Source: Vibrio alginolyticus NBRC 15630 = ATCC 17749
Lineage (GTDB): Bacteria; Pseudomonadota; Gammaproteobacteria; Enterobacterales; Vibrionaceae
Reading direction: 5' to 3'
NCBI RefSeq assembly: GCF_000354175.2
Contig: NC_022349.1
Coordinates: forward strand, 2,100,001-2,132,000
DNA length: 32,000 nucleotides
Below the pieces are notes generated by a model. The model was not told the DNA's origin. It did not search any database and saw nothing but the letters and a program-made list of their open reading frames with translations. The position numbers and the translations under genes are program-made. This document shows positions 1-9,690 of the stretch, one piece after another. How positions within the stretch are numbered: the stretch's first letter is position 1; each line of letters begins with the position of its first letter.

Positions 1-1
1 T

Positions 2-373
2 TTCGATCTTGAAGAGAAAAAAGTCCGCCGTGCTGGTTTGGATTACCATGATTTAGCTCGCGTAACACGCCATAAAAACTATCAAGCGTTCTTAGAGTAT
101 TTAGAGAAAGAGAAGCAAGGTAACTATCGATTGTTTGCCTGCACCACCAAAACCACAGGTCACCACGTTGATGCACAATACCAAGCGGGTGATGTTTTGA
201 TGTTTGGTCCAGAAACTCGTGGCTTGCCTGCTGAAATCATCGATAGCTTGCCAATGGAGCAGCGTATTCGCATTCCAATGATGCCAGATGCGCGCAGCCT
301 AAACCTTTCGAATGCCGTTGCGATCATTGCTTTTGAAGCATGGCGTCAAATGGGCTTTGAAGGCGCATTGTAA
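2..373 (+). CDS. trmL: tRNA 2'-O-methyltransferase TrmL (SpoU/TrmH family), 5'-truncated by window edge
   Basis: The frame is open from nt 2 ([17 protein letters not shown]...). The C-terminal ~123 aa match remembered E. coli TrmL/YibK motifs ([39 protein letters not shown]). A terminator follows. Confidence 0.9.
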   Translation, partial: FDLEEKKVRRAGLDYHDLARVTRHKNYQAFLEYLEKEKQGNYRLFACTTKTTGHHVDAQYQAGDVLMFGPETRGLPAEIIDSLPMEQRIRIPMMPDARSLNLSNAVAIIAFEAWRQMGFEGAL

Positions 374-397
374 GCAGCACGAATTCCAAATACAGAA

Positions 398-427
398 AAG
401 GGCGCTTGGTGCGCCCTTTTGTTTTCT
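398..427. terminator. Rho-independent terminator between convergent trmL and fxsA
   Basis: Stem AAGGGCGC / GCGCCCTT with loop TTGGT, followed by TTTTGTTTT on +. An A-run lies upstream, giving a U-run on -, so it is probably bidirectional. Confidence 0.8.
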
Positions 428-443
428 TTACTGTCTAACTCAA

Positions 444-962
444 TCAGTTGAGCTTGTTGCGATCATCATCGTCTTTACGCTCGTATTCCCCTTCGAAGGT
501 CTTGCCATTATCTGACTGGGAATCAAAAGGGTCACGACGGAACGGGTCTTGCTCAAATGGCCCCTGGTTAGAGAAACCACCTTGGAAGCCACCACCATGC
601 ATGGTTTTCACCACCATTTTGCTCATCAAGTATTTAGCTATCGCGGCGCGTGGCGCAGGAAGCAACACCAACATACCAAGGGCATCGGTCATAAAGCCCG
701 GGGTTAACAGTAGCACGCCAGCCACCGCTAGCATTACGCCTTCAAAAATTTGCTGGGCTGGAATTTCACCTTGTTCAAGACGCCCCTGTACTGACATCAG
801 TGTTTGTATACCTTGGCTACGAACCAACGACGCACCAACAAATGCAGTGATTAAGACTAGTGCAATGGTCGGCCATAAACCTAAAAAGCCGCCCACCTGA
901 ATAAATAAGCCGATTTCAATGATCGGAACAAAAATAAACGCTAATAATAAGATAGGAAACAC
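444..962 (-). CDS. fxsA: FxsA family inner-membrane protein
   Basis: I moved the start from the ORF-track TTG (1013, no SD) to GTG 962, preceded by AAAGGAGGG. The N-terminus VFPILLLAFIFVPIIEIGLFIQVGG...SLVRSQG aligns with remembered E. coli FxsA, and the LTPGFxTD...LLxP motif is present. It neighbours aspA as in E. coli. Confidence 0.85.
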   Translation of the reverse strand: MFPILLLAFIFVPIIEIGLFIQVGGFLGLWPTIALVLITAFVGASLVRSQGIQTLMSVQGRLEQGEIPAQQIFEGVMLAVAGVLLLTPGFMTDALGMLVLLPAPRAAIAKYLMSKMVVKTMHGGGFQGGFSNQGPFEQDPFRRDPFDSQSDNGKTFEGEYERKDDDDRNKLN

Positions 963-1235
963 ACGCCCTCCTTTGTTTAATTCAGTGTAATGGTAAAAGC
1001 AGACTAAGCTCAAACGAATCGTTGTAAAAAAGCGTGTTCATACTGGTCTCCTTCTCTTTTAGACAAAGTAGCGGGAACGCGTTTCATTCAATTGCATACC
1101 GATTTTTTCGTGCTTTTAAAGTGCTAATTTCGAACTCTAAAAACTCATGTTTGTCGAGGAAAATCGAGTACCTATAAAGGGTTATTAATAACCCGTTCAT
1201 ACTTTGCAAATTATTGACTCATGAAAAACGAAAAA

Positions 1236-1251
1236 GGTGATCTAGTTACTA
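1236..1251. promoter_or_regulatory. Candidate CRP site upstream of aspA
   Basis: GGTGATCTAGTTACTA matches the consensus TGTGATCTAGATCACA at 11/16. The left half GTGA and the centre TCTAG are perfect; the right half is weak. It lies ~145 bp upstream of the aspA ATG. Confidence 0.3.
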
Positions 1252-1393
1252 TTTTTATGCGCTAGGTGCAGTATCATGTGCCACATAAGTCAGGACGGAT
1301 TTTCCAGCCAAAAATTCTGATGAATGGATTCTAGATTGCAGAAATGGCTAATAAATAACTTTATTATCAGAATTATCATCTAAGGATCCTGCT

Positions 1394-2845
1394 ATGGCTA
1401 CCCTATCTGATGCTCCAAAAACAGCAAACCCAGCCACTCGTATTGAAGAAGATCTATTAGGTCAACGTCATGTCCCTGCAGATGCGTACTACGGTATTCA
1501 TACGCTACGTGCGATCGAGAACTTCAACATCTCTAATATGACCATCTCTGACGTACCAGAATTTGTACGCGGCATGGTAATGACCAAAAAAGCAGCAGCG
1601 TTAGCAAACAAAGAACTTGGCGCTATTCCAAAAGACGTTGCAAACTACATCATCGAAGCGTGTGATTTGATCCTAGAAACTGGCAAGTGTATGGATCAGT
1701 TCCCATCAGACGTATTCCAAGGCGGTGCAGGCACTTCAGTTAACATGAACACGAACGAAGTGATCGCAAACGTTGCGCTTGAGTTGATGGGTAAAGAGAA
1801 AGGCCAATACGAATTTGTTAACCCAAATGACCATGTAAACAAGAGCCAATCAACCAACTGTGCGTACCCAACAGGTTTCCGTATTGCGGTATACAACAGC
1901 GTACACAAGCTAATGGAAGCAATTGAGTACCTAAAAGGCGCATTCGAACTTAAAGCCGTTGAGTTTAAAGATGTACTGAAAATGGGCCGTACTCAGCTTC
2001 AAGACGCGGTACCAATGACAGTTGGTCAAGAGTTCCATGCGTGGGCGGTAACACTAAACGAAGAGATTCGTGCTCTAGATTACACATCTAAACTCCTCCT
2101 AGAAATCAACCTAGGCGCAACCGCAATCGGTACTGGTCTAAATACACCAACTGGCTACCAAGCGCTTGCAGTAAAACACCTAGCGGAAGTAACAGGCCTT
2201 GATGTTGTTGCAGCAGAAGACCTGATCGAAGCAACGTCTGACTGTGGCGCATACGTAATGACTCACGGCGCGCTAAAACGCCTAGCAGTGAAACTATCGA
2301 AGATCTGTAACGACCTTCGTCTACTTTCTTCTGGTCCTCGTGCGGGTCTAAATGAATTGAACCTACCTGAAATGCAAGCAGGCTCTTCAATCATGCCAGC
2401 TAAAGTAAACCCAGTTATCCCAGAAGTAGTAAACCAAGTTTGCTTCAAAGTTCTCGGTAACGACAACACGGTTTCTTTCGCAGCAGAAGGCGGTCAGCTA
2501 CAGCTAAACGTAATGGAACCTGTGATCGCACAAAGTGTGTTTGAGTCTATCTCTCTACTACACAACGCGTGTGTGAACCTACGTGATAAATGTATCGACG
2601 GCATCACTGTGAACAAAGAAGTTTGCGAAAACTACGTTTACAACTCTATCGGTATCGTCACTTACCTAAACCCATACATCGGCCACCACGAAGGTGACAT
2701 CGTAGGTAAGATTTGTGCGGAAACTGGTAAAAGTGTTCGTGAAGTCGTGCTAGAGCGCGGTCTGCTTACAGCAGAGGAGCTTGATGAAATCTTGTCAGTA
2801 GAAAACTTCATGCATCCTACTTACAAAGCAAAACGTTACGAGTAA
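1394..2845 (+). CDS. aspA: Aspartate ammonia-lyase
   Basis: 483 aa of the fumarase/aspartase family, with the [11 protein letters not shown] signature and the AspA-type N-terminus ([30 protein letters not shown]). SD AAGGA precedes the ATG. dcuA lies downstream as in E. coli. Confidence 0.97.
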   Translation: MATLSDAPKTANPATRIEEDLLGQRHVPADAYYGIHTLRAIENFNISNMTISDVPEFVRGMVMTKKAAALANKELGAIPKDVANYIIEACDLILETGKCMDQFPSDVFQGGAGTSVNMNTNEVIANVALELMGKEKGQYEFVNPNDHVNKSQSTNCAYPTGFRIAVYNSVHKLMEAIEYLKGAFELKAVEFKDVLKMGRTQLQDAVPMTVGQEFHAWAVTLNEEIRALDYTSKLLLEINLGATAIGTGLNTPTGYQALAVKHLAEVTGLDVVAAEDLIEATSDCGAYVMTHGALKRLAVKLSKICNDLRLLSSGPRAGLNELNLPEMQAGSSIMPAKVNPVIPEVVNQVCFKVLGNDNTVSFAAEGGQLQLNVMEPVIAQSVFESISLLHNACVNLRDKCIDGITVNKEVCENYVYNSIGIVTYLNPYIGHHEGDIVGKICAETGKSVREVVLERGLLTAEELDEILSVENFMHPTYKAKRYE

Positions 2846-2856
2846 TAACGAATCCG

Positions 2857-2883
2857 AAGGGGGCCACTCAGGCCCCTTTTTTA
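2857..2883 (+). terminator. Rho-independent terminator after aspA
   Basis: Stem GGGGCC / GGCCCC with loop ACTCA, followed by TTTTTT. Confidence 0.8.
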
Positions 2884-3021
2884 GGCTCTCATACGGTTAA
2901 CCACATTTTTTATATGCTTTTATTGCCGCTAAACCACTAGGTTCTCATTCTCTGAGCATTTACTCCTGTTCCTGAGTGTTCAAAAAATCAGAATCAAATA
3001 AAAAACTAAAGAGGTATCAAT

Positions 3022-4329
3022 ATGGTCATGGTCGAACTCTTCGTGGTTCTGCTCTTCATCTATTTGGGGGCAAGAATCGGTGGTATCGGCATTGGTTTTG
3101 CCGGTGGTGCTGGGGTCATTGCGTTGTCTTTGATCTTGGGCGTACCAACAAGCCAAGCTTACATTCCCGTTGACGTAATTTTGATCATCATGTCTGTAAT
3201 CACCGCTATCGCAGCAATGCAAGTAGCTGGTGGTTTAGACTGGATGGTGCAAGTTGCTGAAAACTTTTTGCGCAAGCATCCTGAGCGCATCACCTTTTAT
3301 GCGCCTATCGTAACTTACCTAATGACATTAATGGCGGGTACTGGCCACACGGCATTCTCTACTTTGCCAGTGATTGCAGAAGTAGCGAAAGGCCAAGGCG
3401 TGCGCCCTTCTCGTCCACTGTCTATCGCGGTCGTGGCATCGCAAATCGCTATCACCGCATCACCAATCTCAGCGGCTGTTGTAGCGTTCGCGGCAATGCT
3501 GCACCCATTTGGCGTTGACTACCTAACACTACTAGCAATCTGTATCCCAACGACGTTCATCGCGTGCATGATCGGTGCGTTCGTGGCGAACTTCATGGGC
3601 TGTGAGCTAAAAGACGATGCTGAATACCAAGAGCGTCTAGAAAAAGGCTTAATCAAGCTAAATACAGAAGCAAAACGCGAAATCCTACCAACAGCGAAGA
3701 AAGCAACCTTCATCTTCCTAGGCGCAATCGCATTTGTCGTGTGTTACGCAGCAGCAATTTCTGGCTCTGTTGGCCTTATCGAGAACCCTGCTCTAGGTCG
3801 TAACGAAGCTATCATGACGGTAATGCTAGCAGCTGCGGCAGCTATCGTAATGAGCTGTAAAATCGATGCTGGCAAAATCCCAGCCGCAGCAACATTCCGC
3901 TCTGGTATGACAGCGTGTGTGTGTGTTCTTGGTGTGGCATGGCTAGGTTCTACGTTCGTTAACGCGCACGTTGACGGCATCAAAGAAGTGGCTGGTGCGC
4001 TACTAGCAGACTACCCATGGATGCTAGCACTTGTTCTATTCTTCGCTTCAATGCTGCTTTACTCGCAAGGTGCAACTACTGTTGCGCTGATGCCAGCAGC
4101 ACTAGCAATCGGTGTGGCACCACTTACCGCAGTTGCATCTTTCGCAGCAGTAAGTGCGCTATTCGTGCTGCCAACTTACCCAACGCTTCTAGCAGCGGTT
4201 GAGATGGACGACACGGGTTCAACTCGTATCGGTAAGTACGTATTCAACCACCCATTCTTTGTACCTGGTGTGGTAACCATCGCTTCTGCGGTAGCACTTG
4301 GCTTCGCATTCGGTGGTCTACTGATCTAG
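3022..4329 (+). CDS. dcuA: Anaerobic C4-dicarboxylate transporter DcuA
   Basis: 435 aa polytopic membrane protein. Its N-terminus MVMVELFVVLLFIYLGARIGGIGIGFAGGAGV and C-terminal MDDTGSTRIGKYVFNHPFF are near-identical to remembered E. coli DcuA. SD AAGAGG sits 7 nt before the ATG. Confidence 0.92.
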   Translation: MVMVELFVVLLFIYLGARIGGIGIGFAGGAGVIALSLILGVPTSQAYIPVDVILIIMSVITAIAAMQVAGGLDWMVQVAENFLRKHPERITFYAPIVTYLMTLMAGTGHTAFSTLPVIAEVAKGQGVRPSRPLSIAVVASQIAITASPISAAVVAFAAMLHPFGVDYLTLLAICIPTTFIACMIGAFVANFMGCELKDDAEYQERLEKGLIKLNTEAKREILPTAKKATFIFLGAIAFVVCYAAAISGSVGLIENPALGRNEAIMTVMLAAAAAIVMSCKIDAGKIPAAATFRSGMTACVCVLGVAWLGSTFVNAHVDGIKEVAGALLADYPWMLALVLFFASMLLYSQGATTVALMPAALAIGVAPLTAVASFAAVSALFVLPTYPTLLAAVEMDDTGSTRIGKYVFNHPFFVPGVVTIASAVALGFAFGGLLI

Positions 4330-4348
4330 TAGAAACAGAGTCTTACTC

Positions 4349-4372
4349 GGGGAGCTTCGGCTCCCTTTTTTA
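4349..4372 (+). terminator. Rho-independent terminator after dcuA
   Basis: Stem GGGAGC / GCTCCC with tetraloop TTCG, followed by TTTTTT. Confidence 0.85.
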
Positions 4373-4490
4373 TTCCCTGTTGTCTTGATTTATGCTCAAT
4401 AAATCTTCATTTTCATGAAACTTATTGACTCGCCTCCGGGTCTGATTGAGTTACACTAACGGCAATTATCTAAGATGAATTGACTCTTTT

Positions 4491-6323
4491 ATGCGCGCAT
4501 TACTTTCCGTTTTACTCTTAGGGCTCATTACCTTTTCCACTCCGTCTTTAGCTTTATTTGGCAAAGACCAGTTTAACAGTAGCCAGAACAACAGTTTTGG
4601 TAGCAGCAGCGACAGCTTTGTTCCGGTTGATCAGGCGTTTCCATTTAACTTCTACCAGCAAGATGACAAATTGATGCTCGATTGGCAGGTACGTGACGGG
4701 TACTACCTATATCAAGAGCGCTTGTCTGTAGCTGGTGAGAAAGTATCGCTAGGCGAACTGCAAATGGAAGACGGCACACCGCATAAAGATGAATTCTTTG
4801 GTGACGTGCATATCTATACTCAACCTCTCTTCGTTAATGTACCAATGCATGATTGGCAAGACGGTGCTCGCGTAGTCGTGCAATACCAAGGTTGTGCGAA
4901 AGCAGGCTTCTGTTACCCGCCAGAAACTCGCGTGATTCCTATCAGCGCGTTTACTTCGTCGAACTCAGATTCAACAACGGCGACAACTGCATCAAAAGCA
5001 GAACAGGCACCAACAGCAACGCCACCAGCGGCGCAATCATCTACGTCTGGTGACACATCATCGGCGCCAGTAACACAGCAAGATAGCCTTGCAGCCAACC
5101 TTGCTGATAACTGGTGGACACCACTTCTGTTCTTGGCGCTTGGTGTGGGCTTGGCATTTACACCTTGTGTGCTACCGATGTACCCAATTCTGACCAGCAT
5201 AGTGCTTGGCAGTGGCAAACTAAGCCAACGCCGCGCGCTAGGCTTGTCATTCGTCTACGTGCAAGGCATGGCGCTGACTTACACCCTACTCGGCCTTGTG
5301 GTCGCGTCTGCTGGCATGCAGTTCCAAGCGGCAATGCAACACCCTTATGTGCTGATTGGTTTGAGCGTACTGTTCATCGCACTCGCTTTTTCTATGTTTG
5401 GTCTGTACTCATTACAGCTACCAAGCAGCGTGCAAACGTGGCTGAATAACTTAAGTAACAAGCAGCAAGGTGGTAGCAGTGCTGGCGTGTTTGCAATGGG
5501 GGCAATATCTGGCTTGGTTTGTTCTCCGTGTACTACCGCCCCACTCTCTGGTGCGCTGCTTTACGTCGCACAAAGTGGCGACTTACTCACCGGTGGGGTC
5601 GCCCTTTACGCGCTAGCGATGGGCATGGGTATTCCGTTGATCCTTGTAGCGGTATTTGGCAACAAGTTGCTACCAAAAGCAGGTGGTTGGATGGACCGTG
5701 TGAAAACACTCTTCGGCTTTATTCTGCTTGCCGCGCCTATCTTCTTACTAGAACGCATCATGCCAGAAATGTGGTCAACGATTCTGTGGTCAGCACTGGG
5801 TATTGCTGCTTTTGGTTGGCTATACCACATCAAAAACAGTCTAGAGTTTGGTGGCTGGAAACAAAGTGCCGTGGGCATAATCGCCGTCTTAGGTTTGCTA
5901 GCCTCAGCACAACCTATCTTAAATTACTGGTTTGGCAACAGCAAAACACAAACTCAGCAAGCCACTGTTAGCTTTACTCGCATTGCTAACGTGGCGGAGC
6001 TTGAAGAACAACTGGCACTTGCGAAAGCGGCAGGTAAACCCGTCATGCTCGATTTCTACGCCGATTGGTGTGTAGCATGTAAAGAGTTTGAAAAGTACAC
6101 CTTCCATGACCCAAGCGTCGAAGCCAAACTGCAAGACTTCGTTCTTCTGCAAGCAGACGTGACCAAAAACCAAGTGCAAGACATCGAACTACTGAAGCAC
6201 ATGAGTGTGCTTGGTTTACCAACAATTGAGTTTTGGGATGCCAGTGGTGAACACGTTTCAAACGCTCGTTTGACGGGCTTTATGCAAGCCGAGCCTTTCT
6301 TAGAGCATATCAAGCAGTTCTGA
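4491..6323 (+). CDS. dsbD: Thiol:disulfide interchange protein DsbD (signal peptide, alpha domain, TM beta domain, C-terminal thioredoxin gamma domain)
   Basis: 610 aa. It has an N-terminal signal peptide, a periplasmic domain with [13 protein letters not shown], a TM core with [10 protein letters not shown] and CSPCTTAPL, and a C-terminal thioredoxin fold with WCVACK. Confidence 0.95.
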   Translation: MRALLSVLLLGLITFSTPSLALFGKDQFNSSQNNSFGSSSDSFVPVDQAFPFNFYQQDDKLMLDWQVRDGYYLYQERLSVAGEKVSLGELQMEDGTPHKDEFFGDVHIYTQPLFVNVPMHDWQDGARVVVQYQGCAKAGFCYPPETRVIPISAFTSSNSDSTTATTASKAEQAPTATPPAAQSSTSGDTSSAPVTQQDSLAANLADNWWTPLLFLALGVGLAFTPCVLPMYPILTSIVLGSGKLSQRRALGLSFVYVQGMALTYTLLGLVVASAGMQFQAAMQHPYVLIGLSVLFIALAFSMFGLYSLQLPSSVQTWLNNLSNKQQGGSSAGVFAMGAISGLVCSPCTTAPLSGALLYVAQSGDLLTGGVALYALAMGMGIPLILVAVFGNKLLPKAGGWMDRVKTLFGFILLAAPIFLLERIMPEMWSTILWSALGIAAFGWLYHIKNSLEFGGWKQSAVGIIAVLGLLASAQPILNYWFGNSKTQTQQATVSFTRIANVAELEEQLALAKAAGKPVMLDFYADWCVACKEFEKYTFHDPSVEAKLQDFVLLQADVTKNQVQDIELLKHMSVLGLPTIEFWDASGEHVSNARLTGFMQAEPFLEHIKQF

Positions 6324-6340
6324 TAACCAGATATTCAAAC

Positions 6341-6367
6341 GCCAGTGATGTCCACTGGCTTTTTTTG
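6341..6367 (+). terminator. Rho-independent terminator after dsbD
   Basis: Stem GCCAGTG / CACTGGC with loop ATGTC, followed by TTTTTTTG. Confidence 0.85.
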
Positions 6368-6517
6368 TTGCTCAGATTTGAATAAGAACATTGCGTTTAT
6401 ATGCAATTTTCCTAATAAAAGTCGATTTGGTTCAGACTTTTAGCGAATAAATATTGTCCACTCTCTCAAAGCTGGACAATAATAAATTTAACGAAATAGT
6501 CAAAAGTGTTTAACGTC

Positions 6518-7147
6518 ATGGATTCGACCTACACCATCATTATTGCAGATGATCACCCACTCTTCCGGAATGCCTTGTTTCAATCTATCCACATGGCTAT
6601 TAGTGGTGCAAATTTGCTGGAAGCGGACTCACTCGACGCACTTCTGGCTTTGTTGGAGCGAGAGGAAGAGCCAGATTTAGTGCTATTGGATCTCAAAATG
6701 CCAGGAGCAAATGGTATGTCTGGCTTGATTCATTTGCGAGCAGAGCATCCAGATTTACCTATCGTCGTCGTTTCAGCGAGTGAAGAGCCGGCGATCGTGA
6801 CGCAAGTGAAAAGCCATGGTGCATTTGGTTTTATTCCCAAGTCCAGCGACATGCGCGAATTAGTGAACGCGCTCAATCAAGTGCTGAATGGCGACCCATA
6901 CTTCCCTGAAGGGTTGATCACCAATAACGCGGCATGTAATGACTTAGCGGAAAAGATTGCTGCGCTAACACCGCAGCAATATAAAGTGTTGGGAATGTTG
7001 TCCGATGGCTTGCTGAACAAGCAAATCGCTTACGAATTGAATGTTTCAGAAGCCACCATAAAAGCGCACATGACAGCGATTTTCCGTAAGCTCGGTGTAA
7101 AGAACCGCACGCAAGCCGTGATTATGCTGACGGAAATGAGCGACTAG
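6518..7147 (+). CDS. crbR: NarL/FixJ (LuxR-HTH) family response regulator, probable CrbR orthologue
   Basis: REC domain motifs are present ([33 protein letters not shown]), plus a LuxR-type HTH ([45 protein letters not shown]). I chose ATG 6518 over the track GTG 6506; neither has a strong SD. The crbR call rests on synteny (dsbD - RR - nhaP2 - symporter), which from memory matches the V. cholerae crbR neighbourhood. Confidence 0.85.
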   Translation: MDSTYTIIIADDHPLFRNALFQSIHMAISGANLLEADSLDALLALLEREEEPDLVLLDLKMPGANGMSGLIHLRAEHPDLPIVVVSASEEPAIVTQVKSHGAFGFIPKSSDMRELVNALNQVLNGDPYFPEGLITNNAACNDLAEKIAALTPQQYKVLGMLSDGLLNKQIAYELNVSEATIKAHMTAIFRKLGVKNRTQAVIMLTEMSD

Positions 7148-8895
7148 ATTGACGTCTTATCGTCAGACTTACTTTTTTCGTTTGGCAATCGGATACCGAC
7201 TTTAGTGACCTGCTGATCAACAACATCAGCGACGATCCAATGCAAACCTTGCCACTCGAAATGGTCTCCCAATACTGGCGTGCTACCTAATTGCTCTTCG
7301 ACAAGGTTTCTCAAACTTTTATCCAGCGGTTCATCCCCCAGATTCAAACCATACATCACGGCAATATCGGCAAGCTTCACTTCAATATCGAGGAAGAAGT
7401 CACCGAAGAATCGCGCTAGCGACGCTTTCTCTGGGGCTTCACTAAACAGTAAGCTCAGTGCATCTAAATCCTTTTCTTGTGCTAATACACACAAGGTATC
7501 ATCTTCCTCAAGACGCGTACTGCCGGATGGGTGCAATAGCTCTTTACTGCGAAATACAGCGGCGATACGCGTTCCTTCCGGCATCGAAAGACTACGTAAT
7601 GGCTCACCAATGCACCATTTATCTGCTTTAAGTCTATAGATAAACAGCTCCCACTCACTGGTCGGGTAAATCTCTACACCCGTACGCGAAATTGGCTCAG
7701 GCTTAGAAGGTAGCTCGACCTTTGCAAGAGACATCGCCTTAGTCAACGTGCCCCCTTGTACTATCAAAGACACCATTACTACAAAGAATGCCAAATTGAA
7801 GTACAGTTGAGCATCTGGCAACCCTGCCATCATCGGAAATACCGCGAGGATGATAGGTACAGCGCCACGCAATCCTACCCAAGAGACAAACCACTTTTCA
7901 CGTGGCGTGAAACTCTTGAATGGCAGTAAACCAATCCAAACTGAGATTGGTCGGGCAAACAAAATCATCCCGAAAGCAAGCGCAAGACCTGGCAACGCAA
8001 TAGAGAGTAAATTGGATGGCGTAACCAACAAACCAAGCACCAAGAACATACCAATTTGAGCTAGCCACGTCATACCATCTAAAACATGAAGAATAGAGTG
8101 GCGGCTGCGTGTTGGACGGTTACCTAATAAAAGACCAACAAGGTAAATCGACAAAATACCACTGCCACCCAAAGTGTTAGATAAAGCGAAAATAAGCAAG
8201 CCACCACTGACCGTTAAAATAGAATACAGCCCATCTGGTAATTGATTGCGATTGATAACTTTCCATAAGAGCCAGCCACCAGCGAAGCCAAGTAACGCGC
8301 CAATACCAAACTGCTTAAGAAAACTGAACGCCAAAAAGCCCGCACTTAAATCTGCGCCAGGGTTCGCTAAAATAGCAATCAGAGTTACGGTCAGAAACAC
8401 CGCCATTGGGTCATTGGTGCCGGATTCAATTTCCAGCGTTGAACCAACACGTTCGTTCAGGCTACGACCTTTGAGTAGAGAGAAGACCGCGGCAGCATCG
8501 GTGGAACCAACAATCGCACCAACCAATATGCCTTGCAATAAATCTAAGTCGAATAACCACGTTGCCATCAGCCCGGTTAAAATGGTGGTGATCGCAACGC
8601 CAAATGTCGCCAAAGAGACCGAGGGCCATAACGCAACCCTAAAGCTGGCGACCCGCGTTCTCATCCCACCATCAAGCAAAATGATGGCTAATGCGAGGTT
8701 ACTAACCAAATAAGCGATCGAAAAGTTATCGAATAAAATGCCGCCTAAGCCGTCTTCCCCCGCTAGCATTCCAACGGCTAAAAATACCAAAAGAATTGGG
8801 ATTCCCAACTTAGAAGACACTGGGCTTAAAAGAACGCTAAGTGCGATTAACAACGCACCTATTAGAAAAAAACTGTTAATGGTGTCTGCGTCCAT
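7144..8895 (-). CDS. nhaP2: K+(Na+)/H+ antiporter NhaP2/CvrA (CPA1) with C-terminal RCK/TrkA-C domain
   Basis: 583 aa with ~12 TM helices and a cytoplasmic tail (EWELFIYRL...GTRIAAVFR...L.PSG.T.LEEDD.L.VLA). I moved the start to ATG 8895, preceded by AAGGGAGGGTGAGA; the track GTG 8901 lies inside the SD spacer. Confidence 0.88.
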   Translation of the reverse strand: MDADTINSFFLIGALLIALSVLLSPVSSKLGIPILLVFLAVGMLAGEDGLGGILFDNFSIAYLVSNLALAIILLDGGMRTRVASFRVALWPSVSLATFGVAITTILTGLMATWLFDLDLLQGILVGAIVGSTDAAAVFSLLKGRSLNERVGSTLEIESGTNDPMAVFLTVTLIAILANPGADLSAGFLAFSFLKQFGIGALLGFAGGWLLWKVINRNQLPDGLYSILTVSGGLLIFALSNTLGGSGILSIYLVGLLLGNRPTRSRHSILHVLDGMTWLAQIGMFLVLGLLVTPSNLLSIALPGLALAFGMILFARPISVWIGLLPFKSFTPREKWFVSWVGLRGAVPIILAVFPMMAGLPDAQLYFNLAFFVVMVSLIVQGGTLTKAMSLAKVELPSKPEPISRTGVEIYPTSEWELFIYRLKADKWCIGEPLRSLSMPEGTRIAAVFRSKELLHPSGSTRLEEDDTLCVLAQEKDLDALSLLFSEAPEKASLARFFGDFFLDIEVKLADIAVMYGLNLGDEPLDKSLRNLVEEQLGSTPVLGDHFEWQGLHWIVADVVDQQVTKVGIRLPNEKSKSDDKTSI

Positions 8896-9414
8896 TCTCA
8901 CCCTCCCTTAATGAAAAACGATAATAATTGTGATGAGCAGGCTACTTCGTTAATGAGGTAATGCCCTAATCTGCCTCCCCTTTACACCGTCTCAAAATGC
9001 GAGGTTGTACGAGAATGACTCAGTTATATTACTTTATTGTGCGTTAAAACGGTGATTTGATGCGAAAACTTTATGTAAATAAATTACTTGTGAGCTTTCT
9101 TATCTACGCCTTCTCTCTTTAAGAGCCACAAGATCACCACCAATACTTACACAGCATCTCCAAGTTCAATGAAGAAAAGATTAATGGCCCGTCTTAATCA
9201 TGCCTGTTTATCCAATCAACCTTTAGACCTTTGGCTAACTTAACAGTTTATTAACATAACGTTTTACCCCTTTGTTCGCTGCAAAAGCCCATAATATGGG
9301 GGTTCTTCATTTTTAACACCCCGACTAAAGTTGAAAAGAGTTATTGCCAACACCTTGCTAATGTACATATTGAAACATTTCATTAACAACAATACCAATC
9401 GTAAGGAGACGGCA

Positions 9415-9678
9415 ATGGCATTTGAAAGCGAAGAAAGAGCCAAAGCCTATTGGGACAAAAACGTGAAGCTCATGATCGGCCTAATGGTCATCTGGTTCGT
9501 CGTGTCTTTCGGCTGCGGCATTTTATTTGTCGACGTACTAAATCAATTTCAACTAGGCGGTTACAAACTCGGTTTCTGGTTTGCTCAACAAGGCTCCATC
9601 TATGCCTTCCTAGGAATTATTTTCTATTACGCATGGAAGATGCGCCAAATTGACCGTGAATTCGGCGTGGACGAATAA
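9415..9678 (+). CDS. DUF4212 protein (putative small subunit of solute:sodium symporter)
   Basis: 87 aa from ATG 9415 with SD TAAGGAGA 6 nt upstream. It has two TM helices and the FWFAQQGS motif typical of DUF4212. The stop lies 12 nt before the symporter start. The ORF-track start 9331 adds an unsupported 28-aa extension. Confidence 0.85.
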   Translation: MAFESEERAKAYWDKNVKLMIGLMVIWFVVSFGCGILFVDVLNQFQLGGYKLGFWFAQQGSIYAFLGIIFYYAWKMRQIDREFGVDE

Positions 9679-9690
9679 GGAGTCACTCAG

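Noticed and set aside
448-900. 150-aa + strand ORF antisense to fxsA, and the 67-aa ORF at 312-515
   Set aside because: They lie entirely within or opposite a well-supported gene and terminator. They have no SD, low-complexity Ser/Pro/Arg-rich translations and no recognisable motifs. These are typical shadow ORFs.
1363-1378. Tandem ATTATCA-GA-ATTATCA directly before the aspA SD, resembling Fur half-sites
   Set aside because: It lacks the complementary TGATAAT arm. The reverse strand matches the 19-bp Fur consensus at only 12/19. It is probably an AT-rich leader.
4953-5085. Ser/Thr/Ala/Pro/Gln-rich low-complexity stretch in DsbD
   Set aside because: It sits exactly at the junction between the periplasmic alpha domain and the first TM helix, so a variable linker is expected there. 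The frame is intact and there is no sign of an insertion element.
8919-8933. Fur-box-like CGATAATAATTGTGA just upstream of nhaP2
   Set aside because: It matches only ~12/15 of the 7-1-7 motif, with mismatches in the conserved right arm (ATTGTGA versus ATTATCA). There is no biological rationale known to me. It is AT-rich background next to the perfect site at 12172.
9098-9106. 9-mer TCTTATCTA shared between the symporter upstream region (9098-9106) and the acs upstream region (21744-21752), considered as a CrbR operator
   Set aside because: A single shared 9-mer between ~500-bp and ~240-bp AT-rich regions is expected by chance, with roughly one match expected. It needs cross-species motif discovery before any claim.
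9345-9359. Sigma-54-like spacing TGCCAA-N4-TTGCT upstream of the symporter operon
   Set aside because: The invariant GG of the -24 element is GC here. In addition, the cognate regulator is a LuxR-type protein, not an EBP/AAA+ activator.
9331-9414. N-terminal extensions implied by longest-ORF starts in the track (9331, 1013, 6506, 8901, 12203, 17589, 18891, 19038, 23961, 24454, 27520, 31674)
   Set aside because: In each case a downstream start has a better SD and/or matches the homologous N-terminus. Several extensions run through terminators or promoter elements (17589, 27520, 31674).
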